DNA from: Pseudobdellovibrionaceae bacterium
GTDB taxonomy: Bacteria; Bdellovibrionota; Bdellovibrionia; Bdellovibrionales; Bdellovibrionaceae
Assembly (NCBI GenBank): GCA_019637915.1
Contig: JAHBUV010000001.1
Coordinates: forward strand, 898,565 to 962,564
Length of the DNA: 64,000 nucleotides
Direction: 5' to 3'
Under the pieces are notes generated by a model that saw only the letters and a list, made by a program, of their open reading frames with translations, was not told the DNA's origin and did no database searches. A program made the position numbers and the translations under genes. Shown here piece after piece: positions 39,402 to 49,429 of this stretch (the stretch's first letter is position 1; each line of letters starts with the position of its first letter).

Positions 39402-40127
39402 ATGATGAAACGAAGCTGGCTCCCCGCGCTGTTATTGGCTTTTTCCCCCTTGGCCCAGGCCCAACCGGCGCCCCTTTGCGCCGCGGTGTTTGAAAGTTCG
39501 TCAGCGGGGGATCTTTCGTCTTTCCTCGGCCGCTTGAACGCGGTGTCGTCCCGCCTGCAGCGCCTGGTGACAAGTTTGCGGGGCGGGCTCGCGCAAAGGG
39601 TCCTGCGCGACCCCGAAGCGCGCCGCCTGTCCGATCGCTTGTTTGAAAGGCCCGTCATCACGGCCATGGAATCGGATTTCAAAGCCTTCGGTCTGACCTT
39701 CAAGGTCCGCAAAGCGTTTCACCGGGACCGCATGGTGTTCTCGATCCCGACGGTTTTCTCCATGGGGCCGAACGGCCGCCTGCTGCCGGCGGACCAGGCC
39801 CCGCCGGGACTGGACATGTCCTTTTCCAAACTGATCGTGGTGATTTTTGAAGTGGCCGCCCGCGAGGCCGCCCGTCACCCGGAAGTGAAGTTCCTGGAAA
39901 TCAACGCCGAGACCGTCCTCAACCAGCGCCTGATCCGCTTGTTCCAGGAGATGGGCTTCGAGAAGCAGGGCCTCGATCTGCAGGGCGGAGCCTGGATGGG
40001 CGGCGACCCCATGTTCGGCGGCGGCGGCGGTCCCCATTTCGGCTGGGTCGGCAACGATCCCCTGGCCGCCCGGCAGGGCGACCGCGCCCGCACCTGGCAG
40101 CTGAAGATCGGGCTCAAGGATCAATAA
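39402..40127 (+). CDS. secreted hypothetical protein
   Basis: The signal peptide is MMKRSWLPALLLAFSPLAQA. The C-terminus has a Gly-rich patch. I have no confident family assignment. Confidence 0.5.
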   Translation: MMKRSWLPALLLAFSPLAQAQPAPLCAAVFESSSAGDLSSFLGRLNAVSSRLQRLVTSLRGGLAQRVLRDPEARRLSDRLFERPVITAMESDFKAFGLTFKVRKAFHRDRMVFSIPTVFSMGPNGRLLPADQAPPGLDMSFSKLIVVIFEVAAREAARHPEVKFLEINAETVLNQRLIRLFQEMGFEKQGLDLQGGAWMGGDPMFGGGGGPHFGWVGNDPLAARQGDRARTWQLKIGLKDQ

Positions 40128-40130
40128 AAA

Positions 40131-41603
40131 TCATTGCACGACGACACGCAGGGACTGCGGCCGGCCGTTCATCTCGACCACGGCCTCGGCGCGGCGTCCG
40201 TCGGCCAGGGTGGCGCGCAGGTTGTAGCGTCCCGGATCCAGCACCTTGAAGTGGTTGCCGCCCGCGTTGGTGCGGAAGGCTTTCTCGCCGTAGGTGCGCG
40301 GAATGTTCGAGAACTCGAGGGCCGCCACGGCCGGGGCCCCCGTCTTGCCGTCGATCACCTGGATGGACAGCATGTTGTTGTCCATGCGGGTCAGGAAGTA
40401 CTGCCAGGCCTTGCGGTGCTTTTGCAACGTGGGTTCGCGCAGCTCGTAGGGCGGCTGGAAGTTCTGGTTCACCTCGAAGGTGTAGGCCAGGGCGCCGAAC
40501 TCGGCGTGCATGTAGGACATCGAGTCCCCGTCGACGGAGTACAGGATCTGCCAGGGCGTGCCGGTGGCGTAGTTGCCGCGGCCGCGATCCCGCGGCAGAA
40601 GCGTCGCCATCTCTTCGGCGATTTTTTCGATCAGGGCGTTTTCCCCGGTCAGCACGCTGCTGCAGCCGTAGGGGTACAGGATCAGTTCGCTGTACGAGTG
40701 ATAGGACAGCGAGGCCGTCGGTTGCACCCATTGTCCCAGGCGGGCCAGGGCCTGGGTCTCCGGCTCGCTGCCGGGGCTTTCGCCGCGGTAATCCTGGGCG
40801 CCGGAGGACCCCGAAGAGCCGCCGCAGCTGTTCCATTTGAACGGGTAATTGCGGTTGATGTCGACGCCGTAGATCGAGCTCTGCGCGCCCCGGGCGTTCT
40901 TGCGCCACCAGGCGTCCTCGCCCCAGACGATGCTGTTGCCGTCGACGTTGAGCATCGGCACGATCCAGACGTTCCAGTTCAGCAAAGCCTGGCGCGCGCC
41001 CGGCACGCCGGCCTTGAAACCGTTCAGCAGGGTCGGCGCCACGTCCATGACGATCTCCGGGGTCATGATCTCGCGCGCGTGGTGCAAACCATCGAAGATG
41101 ATGGCGGGCTTTTCCAGGGCGCGCGGATCATCGGCGCGCGGCGTGCTCGAGATCAGCAGGGCCCAGATCGGGCGGCCCTGCAGGGACACCCCGATGCGCT
41201 CCAGGCGCGTGAACTCCGGGAAGCGGGCGTTGAGGGACTTCAGCAGGTCCTCGACTTTTTGCGGATTGAGGTAGCGCGGGTCGATGGCGTTGGCGCCGGC
41301 GCCCACGAAATTCTGCAGCGCCGAGCCGCGCAGTCCGCGCTGGTTCAGGCGGTCGATGCCCTGCTGGTCGGTGATGACCTCGATGGTCCCGGCCTGCCAG
41401 TCGGAACCGGCGACGTCGTAGCCGTTGCGGTTCAGCCAGCCGATCAGCTGACGGCCGTCGAACGGACTGCGCATCGGCACCTCGATGAAGTAACGTTGCA
41501 GCCGTTGACCCGAGCGATCGGTTTTTTTCCCGAGCACGAAGTTCGACACGGCGGCGGTGCTGATGAAAACACCCAGCAGCAGAAGACTTTTCCAGGAACG
41601 CAT
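40131..41603 (-). CDS. secreted M14-family zinc carboxypeptidase
   Basis: It has a signal peptide. 'FDGLHHAREIMTPE' is the HxxE zinc motif, and 'SLSYHSYSELILYPYG' is typical of M14. The C-terminus is a beta-sandwich-like tail. Confidence 0.85.
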   Translation of the reverse strand: MRSWKSLLLLGVFISTAAVSNFVLGKKTDRSGQRLQRYFIEVPMRSPFDGRQLIGWLNRNGYDVAGSDWQAGTIEVITDQQGIDRLNQRGLRGSALQNFVGAGANAIDPRYLNPQKVEDLLKSLNARFPEFTRLERIGVSLQGRPIWALLISSTPRADDPRALEKPAIIFDGLHHAREIMTPEIVMDVAPTLLNGFKAGVPGARQALLNWNVWIVPMLNVDGNSIVWGEDAWWRKNARGAQSSIYGVDINRNYPFKWNSCGGSSGSSGAQDYRGESPGSEPETQALARLGQWVQPTASLSYHSYSELILYPYGCSSVLTGENALIEKIAEEMATLLPRDRGRGNYATGTPWQILYSVDGDSMSYMHAEFGALAYTFEVNQNFQPPYELREPTLQKHRKAWQYFLTRMDNNMLSIQVIDGKTGAPAVAALEFSNIPRTYGEKAFRTNAGGNHFKVLDPGRYNLRATLADGRRAEAVVEMNGRPQSLRVVVQ

Positions 41604-41606
41604 GAA

Positions 41607-41645
41607 TCCCCCCTCGAAGGATTCAATATTGGAATCGAGGGGGGA
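41607..41645 (-). promoter_or_regulatory. hairpin overlapping the Shine-Dalgarno of the M14 gene
   Basis: On the mRNA strand the sequence is tcccccctc...gagggggga-ttc-ATG. There is a 9-11 bp outer stem plus a 5-bp inner stem. The 3' arm is the GAGGGGGGA ribosome-binding site. Confidence 0.4.
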
Positions 41646-41688
41646 CGGATTGGCAAGCGGGCCCGCGCGCTAACGCGGGCGGCCTGAA

Positions 41689-42558
41689 TCAGGGGGTTTT
41701 GAACCAGCAGAAAGGGCGCAGGCCGTCGCGGTACCGGCCCTCATCGGCGCAGGTGCCGGGGCGGTAATCGATCGGGCTCAAGGCCGCGCTCACCGGCACC
41801 GGGCACAGCGCGCCCTGGAAGTAAGTGTCCAGGCGGCACTGCGCGCGCGGATGGCTTTCGTACATCTCGTTCACTTTGCGTTTGTCCGGCGTCGTCAGCT
41901 TCGGCAAGGGAACGCTGTTGAGATCCGCCAGCACGGCGCCCAGGCTCATCGCCGCCATGGTGGTGCGGAGGCACATCAACTGCTCTTTGCGCGAGGCGTG
42001 GTTGCGGGCGCAGCGGCGCGAGGCCTCGGCGTCGACCTTCAGGCGGCCGACGATTTTTTCGTTGTCGTCGTTCGCGAAAAAGCGGCGCATGCACTTCAGG
42101 CTGCCGTAATAATCCGACTGACCCTCGTTGGAAGCCCAGCGGTCGCGCACGTCGTTGATCTTCGGGGCGCCGCCCAGATGATGGCCCATCTCGTGGCAGG
42201 CGACCAGGGCGAAGCCGTCCGGGGTCAGCGCCGGGTGGCGGGCCATGCCGCCGTACATGGAAATGGTCCACTTGCGGCCGTCCTGCGAGGCGTAGGCGTT
42301 GACCGTTCCGTCGCTCCAGAAGCGCTCGATCTTCAGGAAGGCGCCGTTTTGCGAGACCTCCTGGGCGTACAGGGCCTGAATGCGGTCCAGCACGGAATCG
42401 AACTGCGCGCGGCTGATGGAACTGATGCGGATTTCATCCACACCGATCCAGCGGTCGTTCTCGGGAACGATGCCGCGGCAAAGTTTTTGATTCGGAATCG
42501 CGGCGAATGACATTGATGTGAAGAACAGTGCGAATGCACCGAGCAGTCCTTGTCTCAT
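41689..42558 (-). CDS. secreted HExxH zinc metalloprotease
   Basis: The signal peptide is MRQGLLGAFALFFTSMSFA. The zinc-binding motif is 'ACHEMGHHLGG', and there are several conserved-looking Cys pairs. Confidence 0.7.
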   Translation of the reverse strand: MRQGLLGAFALFFTSMSFAAIPNQKLCRGIVPENDRWIGVDEIRISSISRAQFDSVLDRIQALYAQEVSQNGAFLKIERFWSDGTVNAYASQDGRKWTISMYGGMARHPALTPDGFALVACHEMGHHLGGAPKINDVRDRWASNEGQSDYYGSLKCMRRFFANDDNEKIVGRLKVDAEASRRCARNHASRKEQLMCLRTTMAAMSLGAVLADLNSVPLPKLTTPDKRKVNEMYESHPRAQCRLDTYFQGALCPVPVSAALSPIDYRPGTCADEGRYRDGLRPFCWFKTP

Positions 42559-42778
42559 GCGTCAGCCCTCCATGGCCTCTCCCCATGAAGTCATGGAACC
42601 GGAAATCCTGAAAGGGCGCGGCTTTCCGGGCGATCAAAATCTAGTCTTTCTCTAGTCCTTCGAGGGATCCGGGAAAATTTTGTCCCCCCGCGCGAATGCT
42701 TTTTTTCATCGGGTTTTGCCCTGCGCCATCGCGTGTAAAGCTGGACCTGAAAAGCGGCCTTCATTTATTCTCCAGCCC

Positions 42779-44563
42779 ATGAAATTCAATGTCCTGCGCA
42801 GCCTGCTCATTCCCTGGTTCGTGTTTTTCATCCTCGCCGTGACCGGACTGGTCGTGTCCGCCGTGAAATGGCATCTGCATTTGCCGGACAATCGTTTCAT
42901 CCCGCCGGCCCTCGGCCTGGGCGCTCTCTGCTGCGTTCTGTTGAATTTGAGCACGCTGTCGCGCGCCGGGATCTGGCTCGCCTACACCCTGCCCTTCGAG
43001 GTGCGTCGCAACTCCCGCCCCTGGTTGTGGCGGGCGGTGTTCGCCGTCGTCATCGCCGGGATTTTTTATCTGCTCGGCCAGTTGCCCTGGACGCCGCTCA
43101 TCTGGCAGGCCGCCGTCATCCCGGCGGTCTTCACCATCTGCCTGTTCGTGGCCGTGCGCAGCCTGATGGGACCGATCCTGAAGTGGTCCTCCACCATGTC
43201 CCTGAGCCGCACCATGGCCTTGCTGTTGAGCCTGCCGGTTTTCCTGTTCGTGCCGCTGGTGGCGTTTTTCGTGGGCCAGAACATCGTCTCGGCTTATCGC
43301 GCCAGCCGTCCTGACCTGACGGTGGCCGCCGCCATCGTGCGCCCGCCGCCCGCCACCGCCGACAGCGAGGGCGCCGCCGCGCCACCCGCGGAGACGAAGG
43401 ACGTCCCGAACACACCCGCCGCCAAACGCGCGCAGAGTTTGCGCGAGATCGCCGAGGCCGGCCGTCCCTGCGCGGAGGAGAGCCGCGAGATCCAAAAAGC
43501 CCTGGAGCCCGGCAACTCCGAAGAGATCGTCTACTGGGCGGTGAAGGCCGTGAAGTGCGCCGAGATGAAATCCGTGGTCGCCCTGCCGAAACTGGTGAGG
43601 GTCATGCAGGAGCATCCCAGCACCAAGGTCCGCGCCGCCGCCATTCTGGCCATGCCGAAGTTCGGCACCGAGAATGTCCGCCAGGTGTCCTACCTGCTGG
43701 TGAAACGCCTGAGCGAAAAAGAGCCCGCGGAGGTGATCGAGGCCGCCGCCCAGGTCCTGTCCCGCCTGCCCGAGGACGAGCGCAAAGGCGCCGTGAACCG
43801 CCTGAAGTCGCTGTTGGATTCCCCGCGCGCCAGCACCACGGCCGCGAAAGCCCTGATTCAGAATTTCAAACAGGACACCGTGGTCGCGGAATTCGTGGCC
43901 GCCAACCTGGAGACTTCGCCGCCGGCCCGCGAGCGCGCCGTGGCCATGATCTGCCTGCTGCCGAAAACCACGCGCGGCGTGGCCGAGGCCCACATCCAGC
44001 AAGTCGTCGCGGCGCTGAAAACCGGCGCCGACAGCGAGCCCGCCATGCAGGCCCTGGAGTGCCTGGGACAAACGGGCTTCCAAGCCATCCGTCAGGAAGT
44101 CCTGCAACCGCAGAACCTGGATCGTCCGGTGGCGGCCCGCGCCCTGGCCGAAATGGACGTCAAACAAAGCACCCAGGAAGCCCTGGAAACCGCCGACGCC
44201 TGCGCCCGCGACAGCAATGACGAAGTCCGCCACTGGTGCAGCCAGAGCCTGGGCAAACTGGGCGCCCAGGCCCTGCCGAAAATCCTCGACCTCCTGAAAT
44301 CCAGCGACTCGCACTTGAAAGACGCCGGCAAAAACGCCCTGAATTTCTTCGATGATCCTTCCGCCAAGGGCGAGCTCGAGCGCATCCGCGCCGACAACTC
44401 CGGCTGGATGGCCAATCAGCGGAAATTGCAGATCGCCCGCGCCATCGACACGGCCCTGATCAAGATCGAGAAAGACCGCTTTGATCAGAGCGAAAGCGCG
44501 GAGCCCGCCGCGGAAACCGCGCCGGCGACGGAAACCGCGCCGGCCGAGACCCGCTCTGAATAA
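42779..44563 (+). CDS. membrane-anchored HEAT-repeat protein
   Basis: About 6 N-terminal TM helices and a Pro/Ala linker are followed by repeated 'VR..A..AL..LG' HEAT-like units. Confidence 0.65.
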   Translation: MKFNVLRSLLIPWFVFFILAVTGLVVSAVKWHLHLPDNRFIPPALGLGALCCVLLNLSTLSRAGIWLAYTLPFEVRRNSRPWLWRAVFAVVIAGIFYLLGQLPWTPLIWQAAVIPAVFTICLFVAVRSLMGPILKWSSTMSLSRTMALLLSLPVFLFVPLVAFFVGQNIVSAYRASRPDLTVAAAIVRPPPATADSEGAAAPPAETKDVPNTPAAKRAQSLREIAEAGRPCAEESREIQKALEPGNSEEIVYWAVKAVKCAEMKSVVALPKLVRVMQEHPSTKVRAAAILAMPKFGTENVRQVSYLLVKRLSEKEPAEVIEAAAQVLSRLPEDERKGAVNRLKSLLDSPRASTTAAKALIQNFKQDTVVAEFVAANLETSPPARERAVAMICLLPKTTRGVAEAHIQQVVAALKTGADSEPAMQALECLGQTGFQAIRQEVLQPQNLDRPVAARALAEMDVKQSTQEALETADACARDSNDEVRHWCSQSLGKLGAQALPKILDLLKSSDSHLKDAGKNALNFFDDPSAKGELERIRADNSGWMANQRKLQIARAIDTALIKIEKDRFDQSESAEPAAETAPATETAPAETRSE

Positions 44564-44634
44564 GAGCGGCCTCCCCCATTGACCCCCTCGTCAAGACATG
44601 GAAGCATCAAGGACTCTTTCCCAGCGAGGTCTTG

Positions 44635-45900
44635 ATGCGCGGACGTTGTTTTTTCACGGCCCTCCTTCTTTCGTTCTTCGCCACGGCCTGCACGCACACG
44701 GCCCCGGCGCCGGTCCCCGCGGTTCCTCCGCGGAACGCCGAGGTCCATCGGCAGAAGCCTTTGGTGGTGATGATCTCCATCGACGGTTGCCGCCATGATG
44801 ATCTCGATCATTTCTCGCCGCCGAATCTGCTGAAACTGCGCCGCGAGGGCGTGACCTCCCGCGGGTTGATCCCGGTCTACCCCAGCCAGACTTTTCCGAA
44901 TCACTACACCCTGGCCACGGGCCTGACGGCGGAGCACCATGGCCTGCTCGGCAACCAGTTTTACGATCCGCAGGCGGGCCTCGAGTACCGCGGCAAAGAG
45001 GCCGCCAGCGCCCGCGACGGACGCTGGTACGGCGGCCTGCCCTTGTGGGGGGTGGCGCAGAAGGCCGGCATGCTCTCGGGGGTTTATTTCTGGATCGGTT
45101 CCGAGGCCGAGATCGCCGGCACCCGTCCGACGGAGTTCTTCCATTACGACGACAAAGTGACGATCGACGCCCGCATTGACCAGGCCCTGGAGTGGATGAA
45201 GCGCCCGCCGGAAACGCGGCCGCCGCTGATCATGCTTTACTTCGCCGACGTCGACATGATGGGGCACCGCTTCGGCCCGCACTCCCCGGAAGTCAAAGAG
45301 GCCCTGATGAAAATCGACGCCGGTCTCGGGCGCCTGTTCCGGGAAGCCGGTCAGCTCGAACTGCCCGGCGTGAATTACGTCATCGTCTCCGATCACGGCA
45401 TGAGCGCCGTCGAGGCGAAGGACGCCGTCGCCATGGACGAGCTGTTGCCCGAAGAGGACGTGAAAGTCGTCGGCGGCGGCGCGCAGATGTTCGTCTACGC
45501 CCTGACTCCGGAAAAAATCCAGCCCGTTTACGAGCGCCTGAAAAAGGCGGAAAAGCATTTCCGCGTTTATCTGAAGAAAGACATCCCGGAGCGCTACCAC
45601 CTGAGGAAAAGCGCTTCCGCCCCGGACATCCTGATCGACGCGCAAGCCCCGCACACGCTGGGCTTCCGCGAATGGATGGCCAAGGCCCGCGCCAAGAGCG
45701 GCACCCATGGCTACGATCCAAGGAACAAAGACATGTGGGGGATTTTCGTGGCGCAAGGGCCGGCCTTCAAAAAAGGGCGGACGCTGCCCGCTTTGGACAA
45801 CACCCATGTGGCGCCCTTGGTGCTGAAGCTGTTGTCCTTGCCGGAGCCCGGCCCCTTGGACGGCCGCGCGGAGGTTTTCGCGCCGGCGCTGCGCGATTAG
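44635..45900 (+). CDS. ectonucleotide pyrophosphatase/phosphodiesterase (alkaline-phosphatase superfamily) lipoprotein
   Basis: The lipobox is 'FFATAC'. 'ISIDGCR' is present, the nucleophile motif is 'YPSQTFPNHYTLATG', and 'SDHGM' is also present. Confidence 0.85.
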   Translation: MRGRCFFTALLLSFFATACTHTAPAPVPAVPPRNAEVHRQKPLVVMISIDGCRHDDLDHFSPPNLLKLRREGVTSRGLIPVYPSQTFPNHYTLATGLTAEHHGLLGNQFYDPQAGLEYRGKEAASARDGRWYGGLPLWGVAQKAGMLSGVYFWIGSEAEIAGTRPTEFFHYDDKVTIDARIDQALEWMKRPPETRPPLIMLYFADVDMMGHRFGPHSPEVKEALMKIDAGLGRLFREAGQLELPGVNYVIVSDHGMSAVEAKDAVAMDELLPEEDVKVVGGGAQMFVYALTPEKIQPVYERLKKAEKHFRVYLKKDIPERYHLRKSASAPDILIDAQAPHTLGFREWMAKARAKSGTHGYDPRNKDMWGIFVAQGPAFKKGRTLPALDNTHVAPLVLKLLSLPEPGPLDGRAEVFAPALRD

Positions 45901-46409
45901 CGCTCGGCCATCTTGCGGTCCGGAGGGACCATGTACAAGGTGCCGACGAACGAGAACACGCTGGAGAACTGGCGGATCGTGAAGCGCGAGGTCGCCACCA
46001 GGCCCTTTTTCTGGCGGACCATGTGACGGCAATCGAGGGGGATCCTCAGGCTTTGATCCTCCGTCACCAGGGCGAGATCCACGCCGTCGGACCGCAGATA
46101 CAGTTTCGTCCCGGCTTTCAGCATCAAATTCTTTTTGAAGATGTCGTAGCCCTGGGCTTTCGACAGACGGATGTCGCAGCTCGGGCCGAGAACGCGGCCC
46201 TGGCGGTCGGCCTTGGCGCGGGAGCGCATGGCCCGCAGCGAGGTCGTGCCCTTGCGGATCAGGAGCGGGTCTTCAATCAGCAGGTAGCTGCCCTCGCCCA
46301 GCGAACGCACGTCGTCCGTCATGCGGACGCGCGCCTCGCTCGCGGCAGCGAATAAAAAACACGCCATCAAAACAAATGAAATACGGCTCATAAGGGACTT
46401 TTTTAGCAT
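45897..46409 (-). CDS. secreted hypothetical protein
   Basis: It has a signal-like N-terminus (SFVLMACFLFAAASEA) and coding-like GC3 bias. No family was recognised. Confidence 0.45.
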   Translation of the reverse strand: MLKKSLMSRISFVLMACFLFAAASEARVRMTDDVRSLGEGSYLLIEDPLLIRKGTTSLRAMRSRAKADRQGRVLGPSCDIRLSKAQGYDIFKKNLMLKAGTKLYLRSDGVDLALVTEDQSLRIPLDCRHMVRQKKGLVATSRFTIRQFSSVFSFVGTLYMVPPDRKMAER

Positions 46410-46654
46410 GGCCCTTGGACGCGTCCGGGAACTTTTCGCGCCTCCTGAAAGAAGAACAGGAGTGTGCGGGAAATTGACACCGGCGCGGGCGCCGCCGCCG
46501 TTTTATCCGTCTCCCATGACCGGAAACGCCGATCCCGCGCGGGGTAGGCAAAAAAATCCCCCCTCCACCTTCTGTCCGGAAATGCCTCCCGGGACTCGCG
46601 GAATCCGCCCCCCTTGCGGATTCTAGGGGAAGACCCCAACAAGGAGACACCACG

Positions 46655-47338
46655 ATGAAAGCCATCTTCGGCGCGGCTTTGCTGCTGATGCTTTTCACCA
46701 CCGCCTGCCAGGAGTCCCGCGACTTGTCCCGGGATTCCTATGATTACCGCGATCACGCCGAGCACGAGCACGGCGACGCGGAATTCCCGCCGGAATTCCT
46801 GGATCCCTTCGGCTGCACGCGCGCCAACACCTCGCAGATCCGCGTCGTCAACGAGGGCAACGGCAAACGCGAGCGCTTCCTCGCCCGTTGCGCGCGCGAA
46901 ACCGGCGACTCGCCCTGGTGCGCGCAGCTGATCCGCCCGAACCCGCAGAGCGTGTCGGTCTTCCGCTGCACCTACGGGCAAAACCTCGCCCACCAGCTGA
47001 TCCATCCCGATGAGAACACCTGGGGCAACGCCATCCGCGCCGTGAAGATCATCCAGCAGCTGACGCAAAAAGGCCTGAGGGTCTGCCAGATCTACAACTG
47101 GTGGCGGCCCGAACCCTACAACAACAACGTCGGCGGCGCGGCGGGCCGGCATCCTTTCGGCACCTCCGTCGACGTGCGTTTCTGCAGCGTCGATGAGGCG
47201 AACAAAGGCTTTTCGGAATTGTGCCGGATGCGCAAACAGGGCTTGTTGCGGGCCATCGGGCATTACGGCAGCACGGGCCTGCACCTGGGCATCGCCGACA
47301 GCGTCGCCAACACCTGGGGACGCAGCTGCCCGAACTGA
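46655..47338 (+). CDS. lipoprotein with peptidase M15A/DUF882-like (LAS-fold) motifs
   Basis: The SD is AAGGAGA and the lipobox is 'LFTTAC'. 'VGGAAGRHPFGTSVDV' and 'IGHYGSTGLHLGI' resemble the SxHxxGxAxD...H zinc motifs of M15A. Confidence 0.6.
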   Translation: MKAIFGAALLLMLFTTACQESRDLSRDSYDYRDHAEHEHGDAEFPPEFLDPFGCTRANTSQIRVVNEGNGKRERFLARCARETGDSPWCAQLIRPNPQSVSVFRCTYGQNLAHQLIHPDENTWGNAIRAVKIIQQLTQKGLRVCQIYNWWRPEPYNNNVGGAAGRHPFGTSVDVRFCSVDEANKGFSELCRMRKQGLLRAIGHYGSTGLHLGIADSVANTWGRSCPN

Positions 47339-47407
47339 GGCCTTCGCGATAGCTCTTGCTTCGCCGCGGGCTTTTGTCCAGAATGGGGCCTCTTTGGAGG
47401 AGGCCCT

Positions 47408-48130
47408 TTGGATCCGAATCTGTTCGCCACGTTCGCCCTGCTGGTCGGTCTGGAAGTCGTGCTCGGCATCGACAACATCCTGCTCATTTCCATCCTCACG
47501 GCGCGCATCCCCGCCGAACACCGCGAGCGCACTCGCCGGCTCGGGCTGGCCCTGGCCCTGGCGGGCCGCTGCGTCCTGCTGCTCGGGGCCTCCTACATCG
47601 TGCGTCTGAGCGAGCCGGTGCTTTCCGGTTTCAGCTGGAAGGACCTGATCCTCATCGTCGGGGGCGGCTTCCTGCTCTTCAAGGCCGTCAAAGAGATCCA
47701 CCACGTCGTCGAGGTCACGTTGCCCGACGAAGGCCAGACCGGCGCGCGGACCACCGTCTCTTCGGTCATCGCGCAGATCATTCTTCTGGACGTGGTGTTT
47801 TCCATCGATTCGGTCATCACCGCGGTCGGTCTCACGGACAATCTGTGGGTGATTTACTCCGCGGTGCTGGTGTCTTTCGCGCTGGTGCTCGCCTTCTCCG
47901 GCGCCATCGCCGCCTTCGTGCACCGTCACCCGACCCTGAAAATCCTGGCTCTGTCCTTCCTGGTCACCATCGGGGTCACGCTGACCATCGAGGGTTTCCA
48001 CGGCCACGTGCCGAAAGGCTACATCTACCTGCCGATGGGATTCGCCCTGATGGTGGAGCTGCTGCAAATGCGCTTTCAGCACAATCAACTCAAGGGGCGG
48101 TTGAAAAAGGAAAACGGCGGGAAATCCTGA
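47408..48130 (+). CDS. TerC family integral membrane protein
   Basis: The start is TTG, after GGAGGA. 'GLEVVLGIDNILLISIL' and 'LLDVVFSIDSVITAVG' are the duplicated TerC signature. Confidence 0.85.
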   Translation: MDPNLFATFALLVGLEVVLGIDNILLISILTARIPAEHRERTRRLGLALALAGRCVLLLGASYIVRLSEPVLSGFSWKDLILIVGGGFLLFKAVKEIHHVVEVTLPDEGQTGARTTVSSVIAQIILLDVVFSIDSVITAVGLTDNLWVIYSAVLVSFALVLAFSGAIAAFVHRHPTLKILALSFLVTIGVTLTIEGFHGHVPKGYIYLPMGFALMVELLQMRFQHNQLKGRLKKENGGKS

Positions 48131-48157
48131 CACCCGCCGGGCCGCCGACGGCCCGGT

Positions 48158-49429
48158 CTAGCAGGAGAGCGACATCCCGGCCGGGACCTCGCGCAGCCGT
48201 TCCTGCAGGATCGGGAAGCTCACGGTGAACGTGGCCCCCCGGCCCGACCCCTCGCTGGCGGCCGTGATCCGGCCGTCCTGGGCTTCGGCCAGGGCGCGGG
48301 CGATGGACAGGCCCAATCCCAAGCCGCCGAATCTGCGCGTCAGCGACATATCGCTCTGAAAGAAAGAATCGAAGAGCTTCGGCAGGAACTCCTTGTCGAT
48401 GCCCGCGCCGTGATCGCGCACGATGATCTCGCAGCTCGGCCCGCGACGGGCCAGGGTGACGTCGACCTCGCCGCCGGGATTCGAGAATTTGATGGCGTTG
48501 TCGAGGAGTTTCATCATCAGCTGCTGCATGCGGGCCGCATCGCCGCGCACCAGGCCCAAAGCGGCGTCGCGGTGCAGGTTCACGTCGACGCCTTTGCGGG
48601 CGGCCGTCGTCCGCAGGGCGTTGATGGCGGCCTCGACGGAACCGGTGAGATCGAGGGGCCGCGGATCCAGCACCATGCTCCCCAGCATGATGCGCGAGGT
48701 ATCGAGCAGGTCGTCGACGATTTTCTGCTGGCCGCGGGCGTTGCGGTGAATGGACTGGAAGGCGTCGGGCAGTTCGTCCTTCGCCACCTGCCCTTCCAGC
48801 AGAAGCTCGCTCCAGCCCAGGATCGACGTGAGCGGCGTGCGCAGTTCGTGGGTGACGTTGACCAGGAACTCGTCCTTGGCGCGGTTGGCTTCGCGCAGCT
48901 CGTCAATGCGTTTTTCCAGGGCCGCGTGCAGTTCGACGTTCTCCATGGCGACCGAGACGCTGTCCACCAGGGCCTCCAACAAAACCAGTTGTTTTTCCGA
49001 AGGCCGGTGCACCTTCGCCCAGTACACGCCGATGGCGCCCAAAGGATCGCTGCGCCGGATGGGGATCATCACCAGGCTGCGCACGAAGGTGCTGCGATAG
49101 GCCTCCTGGGGGATGCGCGGATCCAGGCGGATGTCCTCGATGACCGCGATCTCGCGATGGAGCATCGACCAGCCGCTGATGCAGGCCCGCAGGGGGAAGC
49201 GGCGCCCCTTCCACAGGGGACCGATGGCGTCCTCGTCGGCATAATGACAGAATTCGCCGTCCTTCAGAACGAAGGTGGCCCCGTCCGACTCCGCCACCAG
49301 GCGGGCCGAGCGGCGCACGATGGCCATGACCCTTTCCAGATCATGGGCCTTCGACAGGTCCTGCACGGCTTGAATCAAAATCGAGGTCCCCGCGCCCAGC
49401 ACCTCGATTTTCTTCAAGGCCTCGTTCAT
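48158..49429 (-). CDS. cytoplasmic GAF-domain sensor histidine kinase
   Basis: The N-terminal 170 aa are GAF-like. The H-box is 'VTHELRTPLTSILGW', and the N and G boxes are 'LLDNAIKF' and 'DHGAGI...GGLGLGLSI'. I predict no TM segments. Confidence 0.85.
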   Translation of the reverse strand: MNEALKKIEVLGAGTSILIQAVQDLSKAHDLERVMAIVRRSARLVAESDGATFVLKDGEFCHYADEDAIGPLWKGRRFPLRACISGWSMLHREIAVIEDIRLDPRIPQEAYRSTFVRSLVMIPIRRSDPLGAIGVYWAKVHRPSEKQLVLLEALVDSVSVAMENVELHAALEKRIDELREANRAKDEFLVNVTHELRTPLTSILGWSELLLEGQVAKDELPDAFQSIHRNARGQQKIVDDLLDTSRIMLGSMVLDPRPLDLTGSVEAAINALRTTAARKGVDVNLHRDAALGLVRGDAARMQQLMMKLLDNAIKFSNPGGEVDVTLARRGPSCEIIVRDHGAGIDKEFLPKLFDSFFQSDMSLTRRFGGLGLGLSIARALAEAQDGRITAASEGSGRGATFTVSFPILQERLREVPAGMSLSC

